Assembly: GCA_025201805.1 (NCBI GenBank)
Contig: MU619331.1
Location: 73,778-126,731 of the forward strand
Source: Parasitella parasitica NRRL 2501
Taxonomy: Eukaryota; Fungi; Mucoromycota
Reading direction: 5' to 3'
Length of the DNA stretch: 52,954 nt
Shown: one piece after another, positions 1 through 12,449 of the stretch
How the letters are laid out: each line of letters starts with the position of its first letter
How positions within the stretch are numbered: the first letter of the stretch is position 1
Program-made: the position numbers and the translations under genes
The notes under the pieces: model-generated
Database searches by the model: none
What the model was told of the DNA's origin: nothing
Seen by the model: only the letters and a program-made list of their open reading frames with translations

Positions 1-899
1 TAATATCACATATTTGCTCATAACTTGTGCTAAAATGACCTTAGAACCAAGATCTAACTTGGAAAACTTAGCATTAACTTGGCGCTATCTAGCAGCAACA
101 TTGGCATTCATGTATTTATTGGTATTTGTAAAGTTATTAGATGATATCACATATTTATATATCAGCATTGCGTATAATCGATGATAGGCTTCGATAAAGA
201 GCAGAATAAAGCCTATCTTATGCGCCATAAAATCAGGCATGATCATCGCTATTTGAGCATAACTTGGGTTTGACTGGGCGATGCTTTTAATGTTTATATA
301 TTATCTAATTGATATCCCCAGTTCTGAAACAGTAGCTTTCTAAATGGAATATATATGTTATTCTGGCTGGATGATTTTGTATAAGGGTTATGCCAGGATA
401 TGGATGGGATGGCTATTATTTTTGGTTGTTAATCAATTCTTTAATATTATAATTCTATTTGAATTATGCTCTATTGTTAGGGAATGTACTTTTTATGTTT
501 TATGCTGACTAGGTAAGTGTTATAATTGAAATGCTGTATATCTAATGTGAAGTATGTTGCTGTGGTTGTTTTTTGCTGATATCTTCGTCAAAAGTTGTTA
601 TCTTTGGATGTAGTATGTACCAATCGAAAGCTACTGAGTAGCGGAGTTTGAATCCAAGTCGTTTTTGAGTTTTAAACGGCGCTTGAAAACTCTGTATCTT
701 AATATTTGCAAGGTAATTTGAAGATCCTGGTATATCAAAAAAAGTCAGTAAAATAAATCTGCTAAAAAGCTACACTTTTATTATAGATACATCCTCTGGA
801 TGTATTTATATAAAATTACATTATGTGCTATCGTCATCATACACGACTGTAACCAAGATTTATATATAGAGTATGTGGTGTAGTAAATCTCTAATTTAT

Positions 900-1700
900 T
901 TACCAGGCACGTTGGCCTTAGCCCCTTGATCTTGCTACAAGCTCTATGGCATGTTATTAATATAACACACTCTGTTTTTGGATGATTTTTGATCTAAATG
1001 AAGTTTCTTACTTAAAAAATTTGAAGCAACTTGATTGCGATGTTATTATATACTACTGCGAGCTAATTTAATTGATATTTGCCAATTGTAATTTTTGGTC
1101 ATGTAATACAGTTTAAGAATTGTTTTTTGTATCCATATAAAAGCTACATATGTCATATCTAACTTAGTCATTAATTCACGGATCATGATATTAATTGTTG
1201 GTAATTCTTTTACAAATAAGGAATAGGCTACAAGTTGTAATTGGACCTCTTGCAAGGTTCCAGGCTTATTCAAAGAATACATATAGATCAGATCGCGGGA
1301 TGTCGGGAAGACATCGTACCCAATCTTCTCTTTAATGTAAAATAGAAAGATAGGTCTGTCCTGGAAATGCTGTGATTTAATAAGGTTTGACATTTCTTGT
1401 CAAACATCAGATGTTATGTGGATTAACATTGATTGAGATATATTTTGGTATAAATAGAGATCATATCTTATGTCAATAAAAGTCTTCAGTTTTGTATCTG
1501 GTTTTATTCAGAAAAGTCTTATTACTTTATACAAATCATATTTACATAACATTACGCTGCGCCCTTTGACACTGGCACAACATTGTTTCTGTGAAAAGTG
1601 TGAAAATACTTTTTAAAACTGTTATTTTTTGTATGAAGATCATCAAAGTTTCATTTAAAAACTTTCTTTTATACTACTTTCTCAAGGATAAATGATTACG
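900..1700 (-). pseudogene. Degenerate coding remnant (possibly TE-derived), function unknown
   Basis: The frame of the 115-aa ORF 1046-1393 continues upstream through only sparse stops (FSHFSQKQCCASVKGRSVMLCKYDLYKVIRLF*IKPDTKLKT...SDV*QEMSNLIK). No recognisable domain. Boundaries approximate. Confidence 0.35.
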
Positions 1701-2441
1701 GATATGAAACTAAATTATAGTGGATTATTCATCAAAGACATCTTGGCAGCAAGGATTGAGAAGAGAGAACCAATGGCAGATTTGAAAAGTATGAGGTTTG
1801 CTTCTATTTGTTCTTGATAAGGATTACGAATTCTTGAATCCGTCCTAGCTTGGTTTTTATGATTGTGATCTTTGTAAAATATTCCTGAATAATTTGAAGT
1901 TCATAATTTTATTCACGGAGATTCTTTTTATGTGATAGCTCAGTTAACTGATCTATAACAGAAAGAGGTGGAGAGGAGAGTTTTTGTTTTTGGGATTATG
2001 ATAAATTTGATAGAGCACTGTGTGTCATAAGATTGACAGCTTTTATTGTAAATTTGTAGTTCCTCAAAACAAAGGAAGCTAATGTGTTCTTTCAAAATCC
2101 TTAAATTTCTATTTTAAAAAAGATGTATTAATAGAATACAATGTTATATATTATCATAAACTGAGCTATCACATTAGTATCTCCGTTGAAAATAATATTA
2201 TGACGATCAAGTTCAAATTTTTCAGGAACATTGAGCACCTATTTAGACCAAGCTAATGCGGGTTTAAGGATAGTAATTTACTGTCAAGAATAAATAGAAG
2301 CAGCTCCAGCACTCATCAAATCTGTCACCGATTCTCTATTTCTCAACCCTTGCTGCCACGAAGAAGTCCATGATAAATAGTCCACTACAAGTTAGGTTTA
2401 CATCTATAATTATTTATCCTAGGAAAACTAGTATAAAAGAT
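1661..2441. repeat. Long degenerate inverted repeat (arms ~1661-1960 and ~2142-2441, ~180-bp spacer)
   Basis: ATGTGATAGCTCAGTT (1930-1945) is the exact reverse complement of AACTGAGCTATCACAT (2159-2174). TGGCAGCAAG/CTTGCTGCCA, TGCTTCTATTT/AAATAGAAGCA and TCTTTTATACTA/TAGTATAAAAGA also pair, in collinear order. Confidence 0.9.
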
Positions 2442-2940
2442 ACTTCAGTTTTTAGAGAGCTGCATAGTAAACTAACCGAGGTAATTCAACGTGTCATTTC
2501 TTCTCTGTGGGCATTTGCCCACTAATTGTATATCGAGATTTTTGATAAGCGATATCTACGACTTCAAGTCTTATGATGTGGTATATGTCAATTCATTTAC
2601 ATATTGTTGTAGTTTCTTCATTTCGTTGTCGAATAATGACATGGTGGTGTACTCGGGTATTTTCATGTAGAAGGAATCTGTCTTCATCTGAACTGTACTT
2701 ATAGAGCAATTGAGACGTGAAGAATATGTATTCAACTTAATACATCAAAATTCGAACCTCTGAAAACTTGACAGCAGCCTGTAGCAACAATAATGCTATG
2801 ATTGGATCAGAAGATTGATGAAATACGCGATAATGTTTACGTTACACTATCAAATCTTCATTCTTGCTTTCCAAAATCAAAAGGGTTTTAAGCTGCGGAA
2901 AAAACTTTTTTTTTTATTGTTCCTTTTTCGATTCTTCAAA

Positions 2941-5900
2941 ATGACAATATCCATTAGAATTGTCAATTTGGACCACTATATGGCCGAACCAGGACCACTG
3001 GACCGCTCATATACTCCTTTTAGTGATAAGAGATTGCCCAAAGTGCCTGTTTTGCGAGTCTTTGGGTCAACCATGGCTGGACAAAAGGTCTGCCTACACA
3101 TTCATCAGGTTATATCAGATTGGAAGACAGGGAAAATGAAGGACAATTGTTAACCATACGTATAGGTGTTCCCCTATTTCTTTGTACCATACGATATACC
3201 AGTTGAACATACCACAGATCAAGAGATTCAGAAAGGCATTTTCCAATTTGGCACCAGTTTGAACGAGGCAATGGATCTGGCAAAACCGCAAAAAGAGAAA
3301 AACCATCACATAGCAGCTATTGTGCTAGTCAAAGGCGTACCATTCTATGGCTATTATGTTGGGTACAAAACTTACCTCAAAATCTACATGATAAATCCTT
3401 GCGAAAAGCATCAGATGTTGGAGATACTGCAGTCAGGGGCGATCCAGAATATTTCATTTCAACCACATGAAGCGCATTTGAACTTTGAACTTCAATTCTT
3501 GATGGATCATAATTTGTATGGTATGGATTGGATCCACATTGAGCAGCATAATGTATCACCTTCCTTTAAAGTTCAATTTCGCTTACCCATGTTGAATGAA
3601 CCAAAAGCCAATTTCCATAATTCTCAATCTTCTAGTGATATCACTACATCCTCTAATTGTCCAATTAGCTTAAAATCACCTCAACAAGAGAATATCTATA
3701 CGTCAAAAACCGTTCCACTTGATCTTCAGTCTGATGCTGTGCCTAAAAGCAGTTATTGTGAGCTTGAGTTAGACATAACCGGAATGTCCATCTTGAACAG
3801 ACACGATCTTAAAGAAAGAAATATACATACAAGTCTAAGACGAGAGAAAATAGTTCAAGCAGCAGCTTTAAGCCATCCTGCAGAGGAATCAAAGAAAAAG
3901 CTTGTGAAGTCCTTGGAAAGTATTTGGGTGGATGAGGCAAACCGACGTCAATCAAGGGGAATTAGAGAACCAATTCCATCTGTTACACAATTGGATGAGC
4001 GAGAACCTCGAAAACCATGGTTGGCAGAACCAGAACTTCGACGATTGATGGAGAAGATGATGACAGGACACACTTTTGATGAGGCATCAGAAACACAACA
4101 GCCATCCATCTTAATGCCTCGATTAATGACAGTGCTAGAAGCAATTGAAGCTCTGTATCCTGATGAATACTTTGAATGCCGGAAGAGTCGGCTTGTATCA
4201 GAAAATCCTGTATCATCCACCGTGGAAGAGCAAATCACACTTGAATTTACCTCTTCTCCTACCAACCGTGCTCAAAACACTCCTGCTAATACACCACCAT
4301 CTCGTATCCTCTCTAGCAACCCGACTCATTTCAACGTATCAGCTACTCCCTCACGATATCGTTCATTAGGCGTACAGTCTCAATTAAACACATCAATAAT
4401 CCATTCATTTATAGAAGACGCCAACTCCTCATTTCATCAAGAGGACGAGGACGAGGACGAGGACGAACTTCTACATGGCGGCGAAGCGAACAATGCTGAT
4501 GATGCTGTAGAAGGAGGGGGCGAGGACGAATTCGAGTTTAGCAATGAGGATAATCTACGAAATAGCGACATTACTCGGTGGCTGGAGGAAACAGACAGAG
4601 AGGAAGCCAAAGCAAGATTGAAGAGACGCAAAACTCAAGTGATAGCATATGAAGGCGATGAATCCATCACTTATGAACCGAGAAGGTTAGATTTTAGAGC
4701 CGAAGCAGACAGAATAGACACTATTTTACAAACAGAGCCTGTTCGTAAGACTAGAAAAGATGTGCTGGATTTTGCAGAGGAAAATGACGAAGACGAAGAA
4801 AGGGAACCCATACAAACACCTTTTACTATAAGTGATATTCCACCAGAGCCAATGTAAATTATTGGAGACTACCATATACAGGATATGCCGAAATAACACT
4901 TATTTAGGCCCCGTGTCAAGAGAAACCGACACAAAAGAAATATAGATCAATTAGACGGATCTGGTGATAAAGAAAGGAGCAAGAAACAGTTAAAAACACC
5001 TGCTGAACGTTGGGAAGATGAAAAAAGGTTGCTCAAGAAGATATGGCAAAAGAAGAATGCTGTACAAAAATTTTATAGAAAGGAAGAGAAGCGGGGTGTG
5101 TCTGCTCCGCCTACAATAGGTGATGAATTGACGGAGAAATCTAGTGATTTACCAAGGGCAAAGAGCGCTGAAAATTTGCATCCAAAGGGCTTTCAAAGAG
5201 TGGTGGTCAAGATTCCTAAATACATCCCCAAAAAGAGAAAAAAGCCGATACAAAAATTGCAGGATACATCAACAGAAATATCTTCACCTAAGGATTTGAT
5301 CACTGCTGCAGCTGAAAGTGGCGAAACAAATAGCAGAGACATCAAGCATGACGATTTGCTAGAGACAGATCAATTTGAAAGTATAAGTAGACAAGGCACG
5401 ACAAGTAGTTATCCCATTAAGGCAGCTGACGAGATTTCGATATCACAAGGTTTTTTATGCTTTTCTGATCAAAACAAATTCTTTGTTAAAGACACACCTA
5501 TTACTTCACACTCACCAGTATTTGACATATCTCATGATCCAACCATCCAGACACAAATTTGGAAAGAAATGTATGCAAATGTTGAACCAAAAGAAATTAT
5601 GCAAGCTCTCGAATCTGATACAAACCACGCAAAGCAGGAAACAAAAGAGTTCACTTATCGCCCAGTCCCACCAAGAATACATCAAGAAAATCTTCCCAAA
5701 GAGAGTGTTGTTTATCAGGAACCATTCTATAGCAATCCATCAGATGTACCTCGTTTTCCTACAGTTTTTGCTGAAAAAGAATTCAAGCTACCTACTGTTG
5801 GCCTCCCTGCACTAAAAGAATTCAAAAGTGTGTATGGTAACGGGAGTGCAATCATCTCAAAGGAGCAGGTAACTATCAAAAGTTGGACTCCAAGCAGTAA

Positions 5901-8900
5901 CCCTCCTTCTTTTACGCAAGTTCAAGATTGGGTGAAAACTGAAGCTTTTAAGAAATCCAATAAAACTATGAAGAAAGGAAGCAAGACTCAGTTGAACCAA
6001 CCTACCTTGGACAATACCTTCAACTTCAAATTTAGCGCTAGTAAGCCCATATCAAAAGTCAAACGTATTCGAGATTACGTTGATTATTTCAGTTTGGAAA
6101 TACATGTCAATACCAGAGATCAACTACTACCTGATCCACAACACGATGCTGTTCAGCTTGCATTTTGGTGCTTGCAAACTGAGGATTTGCGGATACCTTC
6201 AAATGGATATCAAGAGGGTTTTTATATTGGTGTAATTGCAACGAAAGATTTTGACACTTCTAGAATTGGCATATGTAATTCTCGCCTTGCGGTGGATTAT
6301 GCCGAAACAGAAGAGCAGCTGTTTAGTCTGTTGATTGAGAGGATCAGGTATTATGATCCTGATATGCTGGTAGGATACGAGGTTCAGAATGCTTCTTGGG
6401 GCTATTTGATAGAAAGAGGTGCACAATTAGGGTACCATCTCTTGGATGAATTATCAAGGGTTATTACTACTTCAGGGTCAATCAAGCGGGATCAATGGGG
6501 CTACCAAAAAGCATCCGTTTACAAAGTACCCGGAAGACATGTGCTCAATGTATGGCGGCTTATGAGAAGCGAATTGACACTTTCCAGTTACACATTTGAA
6601 AATGTCGCATATAACTTGTTGCATGATAGAGTACCTCATTACTCGCACGCTACTTTAACAGATTGGTACACGAAGGGCCCTGCTGTGCTCAAGTACCGTT
6701 TATTCAAGTACTATATGAAACGAGTGCAACTTAATCTGGACATGCTTGATGCGTCACAAGTAGTTAGTCGAACATGTGAATCCGCTAGAGTGTATGGAAT
6801 TGATTTCTACGCTGTTATTTCTAGAGGATCACAATACAATGTGGAATCTATCATGTTTCGTATCGCAAAACCCGAAAATTACGTATTGATCACTCCTAGT
6901 CGTTCGCAAGTTGCCTCACAAAGATCACTCGAGGTTTTACCCCTGATTATGGAACCACTTTCACAGTTTTACAGTAGTCCCATAGTAGTATTGGACTTTC
7001 AAAGCCTATATCCATCCATCATGATTGCATACAACTATTGGTAGGCTTGTTGCTGCGCGATTGTATCAAGACTTTGCTTACTTTTAAATTATTTTAGCTA
7101 CTCTACATGTTTGGGAAGAATTCGGAAGCCTGATGAAACTTCGAGATTCGGTGTATTGCCATCATTTGAGCCTGATGACGGTCTCTTGGATACTTTAAAA
7201 GACTACATCAATGGTAATTGCTTTTGCTGCATACTTATATAAATATTCTAACATCCAGATAATAGTGTCTCCAAACGGAATCATGTTTGTCAAGCCTGAA
7301 GTTCGAAAGAGTTTGTTGGCCAAAATGTTGTCAGAGTTACTGGATACAAGAGTGATGATTAAGAGAGCCATGAAAGATTACAAGGAAGACTCAGTAAGTA
7401 ATGAGAGTATTATGGAGATACCTCATGGCTGACGGTTTAAATACCATTTAGGGTCTTCTTCGTATGCTTGATGCCAAACAGTTGACGTTAAAACTTCTTG
7501 CCAATGTCACTTATGGATATACGTCTGCCTCATTTTCTGGCAGAATGCCATCAGTGGAGATTGCAGACAGTATTGTGGCAAGCGGACGAGAAACATTAGA
7601 AAGAGTAAGAGGCTTTCATCAACCCTTTTTTATATATAATAACACTTGATCGATAGTCTATCAACTTGATTAATGAAACAAAGAAATGGGGAGCCCGCGT
7701 GGTATATGGCGATACGGATAGCATGTTTATTTATTTACCCGGCAAAACGAAGGATGAAGCATTTATATTGGGAAACGAAATTGCTGAGACGGTTACAAAA
7801 ATGAACCCTGCTCCTGTCAAGCTAAAGTTTGAAAAAGTGTATCATCCAACAGTCCTTTTAGCAAAGAAAAGATACGTTGGCTTCAAGTATGAAAACTCCT
7901 GTGATCAAGAACCTGTATTTGAAGCCAAAGGAATTGAAACTGTAAGAAGAGATGGCACTGCAGCCACACAAAAAGTTCTTGAATCGTGTTTAAAGTAACA
8001 TATCATTTACATATGAAAATATTGTATACACTAAATTTCTGGTTCCTTTCAGAATACTCTTCCGAACTCAAGACATGTCAGAATTGAAAGCCTTTTTATA
8101 CAATCAATGGACAAAGATATTGTCAAATCGAGTCTTGCTTCAAGATTTCATTATTTCAAAAGAAGTTAGAATGGGCACTTATTCAAGCAGAGGCGGTCCC
8201 AATGGTGCAATGATTGCTCAAGCACAAATGGACATAGATCCAAGAGCGGAGCCTCAGTACGGTGAACGAGTGCCTTACGTTGTAGTCTATCGCGGCCCTC
8301 ATGCAAAGCTTAAAGACAAAGTAGTTCGACCCGAAGAACTACTCAATGACAGGTTGGTTTACGCAAGAGTTGAATAGTGATTGTGTTAATCTTGTGGTGA
8401 ACGATAGCTCCTTAAGACTGGATGCTGAATATTATATTCGGAAGCAAATCATTCCACCCTTGAGTCGAATATTTAATTTGATGGGCGTTGGTAATTGCTG
8501 GATTGAAAGTGATATTTACGATACTAATAAGCGTTGGACCAGATATACTCTCAATGTATGAAGCAATGCCTCGTTCACTGAAAGTAGCAGCGATGAAGTC
8601 AGCTCTAAACACTGCGCATCAAGCCAAGAGCTTGACAAGAATTGATCAGTATTATTCAAGTTCTTATTGCGTTGTGTGTCGCAAATTAGCGGATCAAGGT
8701 ACTGTATCTATCTTTTTATGTCATAGATTGGCTGAATTGAATTCTTTTGATATAATTTGTACATTCAGTTCTTTGTGAGCAGTGTAAGAATGATGCTGGC
8801 AGTACAGTATTTACGTTGCTATCAAGACAGCAGATGTCGCAGGACAAGTTTAGAAAACTACTACAAGCTTGTCAAGATTGCTCAAAAGTATCCCCTCTGG

Positions 8901-9061
8901 ATGCCATGGTAGTGGTAGATGAAGAACTGCAGTATGCCGATATTCCTTGCGATTCTTTGGATTGTCCTATTTTCTATAAACGTCTTAAAGCAAAGGAAGA
9001 TGTCAGGGTAACTGACACTTACAATACCCTAATACAAGATTTAAATGACTCTCAAAACTAA
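2941..9061 (+). CDS. REV3: DNA polymerase zeta catalytic subunit (multi-exon)
   Basis: N-terminal VPVLRVFG...CLHIHQVFPYF; QLDG motif after the 4854-4907 intron; B-family motifs LDFQSLYPS, KLLANVTYGY, YGDTDS, AKGIETVRRD; C-terminal CysA/CysB (CVVC..CEQC; CQDC..CDSLDC). GT-AG introns join the ORF fragments in frame. Confidence 0.97.
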
Positions 9062-9405
9062 CATTGTTACAAAATCCCGTATCCCTCTTGCAACACATAA
9101 GCAAACATGATAATGGTGCGCACTTATCCGCCCCCACTCTACAAGCTCATTTAAAACACTGTATATGTATATGCATATACTATATACCAATGATTAATAC
9201 TTTTATTTTGCTAGCGAAATTGACCTCAAAATGTATTCAATCACATACACACGATTCCATAACCATAAACAATAAAAAAGCCAAAACAACAATTGCTTTT
9301 AATAATGTCGATCGATGTCTCGTACATTTGCTTAAATGTGTCGATTATTTATTGAAATATCTGGTCGAATTTTTGGTGTATGTAAGGAAAGAGTCGTTAA
9401 ATAAT

Positions 9406-9724
9406 CTAGTTCTTGGGAGGAACGACGAATTTCTACTTTGGAGATTAGCATTTTACAATTTATGGTTTTATCCACCCAAAGTACTTACTTGTTCCTTTTG
9501 AACACCATTCTCCCACTTGGCAAACTTAAGGTTGTTTTGGTCGCGGCGAAGGGCAACAGCACGAACATCATCTTTCAAGGAGTTACGGACGGCACGAGCA
9601 CAGATGTTGGCATATTGAAGGTAGCTAATTTGAAAAGAGAGTTTGATTGCACTAAATTAATAATTGTAGATGTTGAAATAACGAGCTATACATACGTAAT
9701 ACCGGCGGCTTTCCAGGCAGACAT
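9406..9724 (-). CDS. ATP15: Mitochondrial ATP synthase F1 epsilon subunit (3 exons; absent from ORF track)
   Basis: Spliced product MSAWKAAGITYLQYANICARAVRNSLKDDVRAVALRRDQNNLKFAKWENGVQKEQKFVVPPKN*; GTATGT and GTAAGT donors. Confidence 0.95.
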
Positions 9725-10122
9725 TTTATATTTGAACTGTTGTAAAAGTAAAAGGTGAAGAAAGTGGTTTGGACACCTGGATATTGTTTTCTTTTATTAC
9801 GGGGTTGTATTCAAAAAAAAGAGGACAGGGCTTTTTTTATTTTGGCAACCTTGTTGCCTGGCCTAATCTTTGTTGCCGGGCCACTAGGAAAGTAGAAGAT
9901 GCTGCTACATATGATGACGTTTAAATTAGAAGCTCACTGAAACGTGTTCAATTTTATTATTATGATCTTTGAGCAAAAAGATATTATAGAGAGAAATAAG
10001 ATTATATAAAATGAAAGCTAAAAGAAAATATATTTTGATTATATGCTTATTTATATTCAACTGGATTCTTTCTTTCATTAATTTTTCTTTGAAGCAAGTT
10101 TATCACAAAAAAAAAAGTAAAT

Positions 10123-11060
10123 TTACTCCTGTTCAGGACAATCTCTGGCCTATATTTGAAGAAGCATTAGTCAAGAATATTCAAACTTACAGAAAAATAT
10201 GGAAAGAAATGCTTACAATATGGCCAGATTGTTGACACTTGTAGCAAGTCTTAGGTTGAGGAGGTTGATCGCAATCTCTAGAGATGTGACCAGAATTACC
10301 ACAGTTGAAACACTTTTGTGCGCCACTTTGAGAACAATTACGGCTTATATGGCCAGTTTGACCACATTTGTAGCATTCGCTGTTGTCATTGCCTCTGTAT
10401 CCACCGTAATTACTTTCGGGACAATTGCGAGATATATGACCAGACTTTTTACAGTTGTAACAAGTAGGACCATCGTCGGGTGACTCAGGGCAATCACGAG
10501 AAATATGGCCAGTTTTTTGACACTTGTAACAGGTCTTTGCAGCACGAGGCTCAGAACTAAGAGAGTATAATTTTGAATATTTGACATTCCACAAAACCTC
10601 ACGAGTCAAAACTTACCAGTCCTTGGACAAATGGCCGGTTTCTTGACAGTTGTAGCTACATGGAAACTTCAAGGTTAGGAAATTTGTATTCAATTAATCA
10701 ATTAACTTTTATAAAACTGACTCACCAGACAGACTCAGACTTGGTGCAATCTTTTGCTTGATGATCAGCTGTTGTGCATAAAAAAAGATGTGAGCATTCA
10801 AAAATTGACAAAAAAGACATGTATGTAAAGCACACTCCTCTCTTCATTTTTTTATTGTATTGACAGGCAATAAATAATTAAAAAAAAGGAGGCAAGCCAG
10901 ACAGTAGTTAATGACGACAAGTGAGGCAGTCAGTTGATCAGTGCAAAAAGCGCGTTGAATTCACATTTCCCTGCTCTACCCCACTCGCAAGAATCAACAA
11001 ATGTTAGTAAAAATTGGGTTTCTACTTGCATTCACCACACTTGAAGCAAATACGATTCAT
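10123..11060 (-). CDS. GIS2: CNBP/Gis2/Byr3-like protein with seven CCHC zinc knuckles (5 exons, first intron GC-AG)
   Basis: Seven CX2CX4HX4C knuckles from CFKCGESDHQAKDC to [14 protein letters not shown], plus a short YGGYRG linker. The GCAAGT donor at 11029 is needed for correct spacing of knuckle 1. Confidence 0.93.
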
Positions 11061-12062
11061 TCTTGTATATCTAGAGAGATGTATAAAACTTTTAAAAAAG
11101 GAAAACGAAAGTAAAAAAAATTTGCAGGTCCATCTTTATATGAGCACAGCAAGAAAGTAAAAAATTTTCATCGACATTACCCAATTAGATACCATCATCC
11201 AAGTTGCATTACCAGCCTCTTTTTTCCAGTCAAACCTGCATTTAATGGTTTTAATGAGGTATACTGTTTTGTTGCTAAGCAATTGAGAGATCTGAAGCGT
11301 TCTTACTAAATGCTATGTTATTTTAAATGTGGTATTGCACATTATTCAATGATGTCGATTATTTCAAAAAGTAGAAGTGGGTGCTTCTGTTGAATATCAG
11401 GAGAAATGTTAATCGATCAATGATCGCCTCACCTTCACTAACTTGTAATTTGAAAGAAAAATGACAGGGATACTTCATGATTGCAGTACATTGTAGAGTC
11501 ATATTTCTATACATTCTAATATTTGAACTAATATCCTTTCCAATGAAAAGAGCTAGAATTGCAACATTAACCACTCATTAGCAGCCTTTTTTCCCCTCGA
11601 ACCTTAGGTTTTCTTGACAAAATACAAAAATAGTTCAAAGACTACGTGCATGTCACTTTTTCGGCTACTATTTGGACCAAATACGCTTGATCTATCCTTC
11701 AATTGATGATGAAAATGGCTGCGGTAAAACTCTGGGTCACTTTTCTCACATTCAATTCGCATTCAGATTCTGACAGCAATTATGAGTTTTACTTAATAGT
11801 ACAGCTTTTACTTGTAGATTGAACAGTGCTAAATATGCACAAAGCTCACACCTAAAATCTTGAGGAAGACTCGATATCTAACAAAGCTGTCTTTCACCAA
11901 ATATTTTACATTTTCACTAGTCAAGGCTAGATTACATTGGTTGGATTTGATTTTTTTTTGGGGTATTACGCACTCAAAATGTACCATACAAAAAAAAAGA
12001 GGTCTTTGCATAGTTATAAGGTTATAAAAATGTCTATAACCATCCGAATTAGAGCATATAGT

Positions 12063-12323
12063 TTTGATTACTCTGCAGCGCATAACCCTGATAGTTCACC
12101 AAAGCCTCCAAAAATTACCAAACTCGACAACAGCATGAGAGCTAATAGGTTGTGGTGATGCATTATCCCCACAAGCGAGTTTATAACGCAGCTTCGTTTA
12201 CATTTAATCAGCAAGACCACCTCCGCCGATTGTGCGGTCCGACTCAATTCTGTTTTATGCCTACGATGTGAAAGTTTTCAAGATATGGCCACGGTCGTTA
12301 AGCGGAAAGTACGCACACAATTC
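12063..12323 (-). ncRNA. Candidate structured Sm-class non-coding RNA of unknown family
   Basis: Nested complementary segments; Sm site AATTTTTGG (12116-12108) between a stem and a 3' hairpin (12106-12084) that pairs only on the - strand via G-U; visibly more GC-rich than the flanks; no credible ORF. Confidence 0.55.
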
Positions 12324-12449
12324 AAAAAAATAAAAGTGTACACACTATACTCCTCGCTGACTGTTGTTGCAAATGAATGATATGGTTCACAGGTTACCGC
12401 CAATTGATTGATTAATAAGGCATGATAAAACATCTACTAAATCTACAAA

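Noticed and set aside
603-660. tRNA/tRNA-Sec-like look (GCTAC-TGA-GTAGC hairpin followed by GGAGTTTGAATCC B-box-like)
   Set aside because: No D arm or anticodon arm and no proper acceptor stem can be built.
4854-8770. Apparent stops and frameshifts splitting REV3 (possible recoding)
   Set aside because: All are explained by canonical GT-AG introns that restore the frame.
9064-9758. + strand ORFs 9064-9501 and 9438-9758
   Set aside because: REV3 3' UTR and antisense shadow of the spliced ATP15 gene.
12063-12322. + strand H/ACA snoRNA reading (AGACCA hinge, ACA-att end) and TAACCCT as a TTAGGG template
   Set aside because: The ACA lies inside a stem, the pocket-to-H-box spacing is ~21 nt, U17/snR30 m1/m2 motifs are absent, and the template match is only 7 nt. 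G-U pairs and the Sm site favour the - strand.
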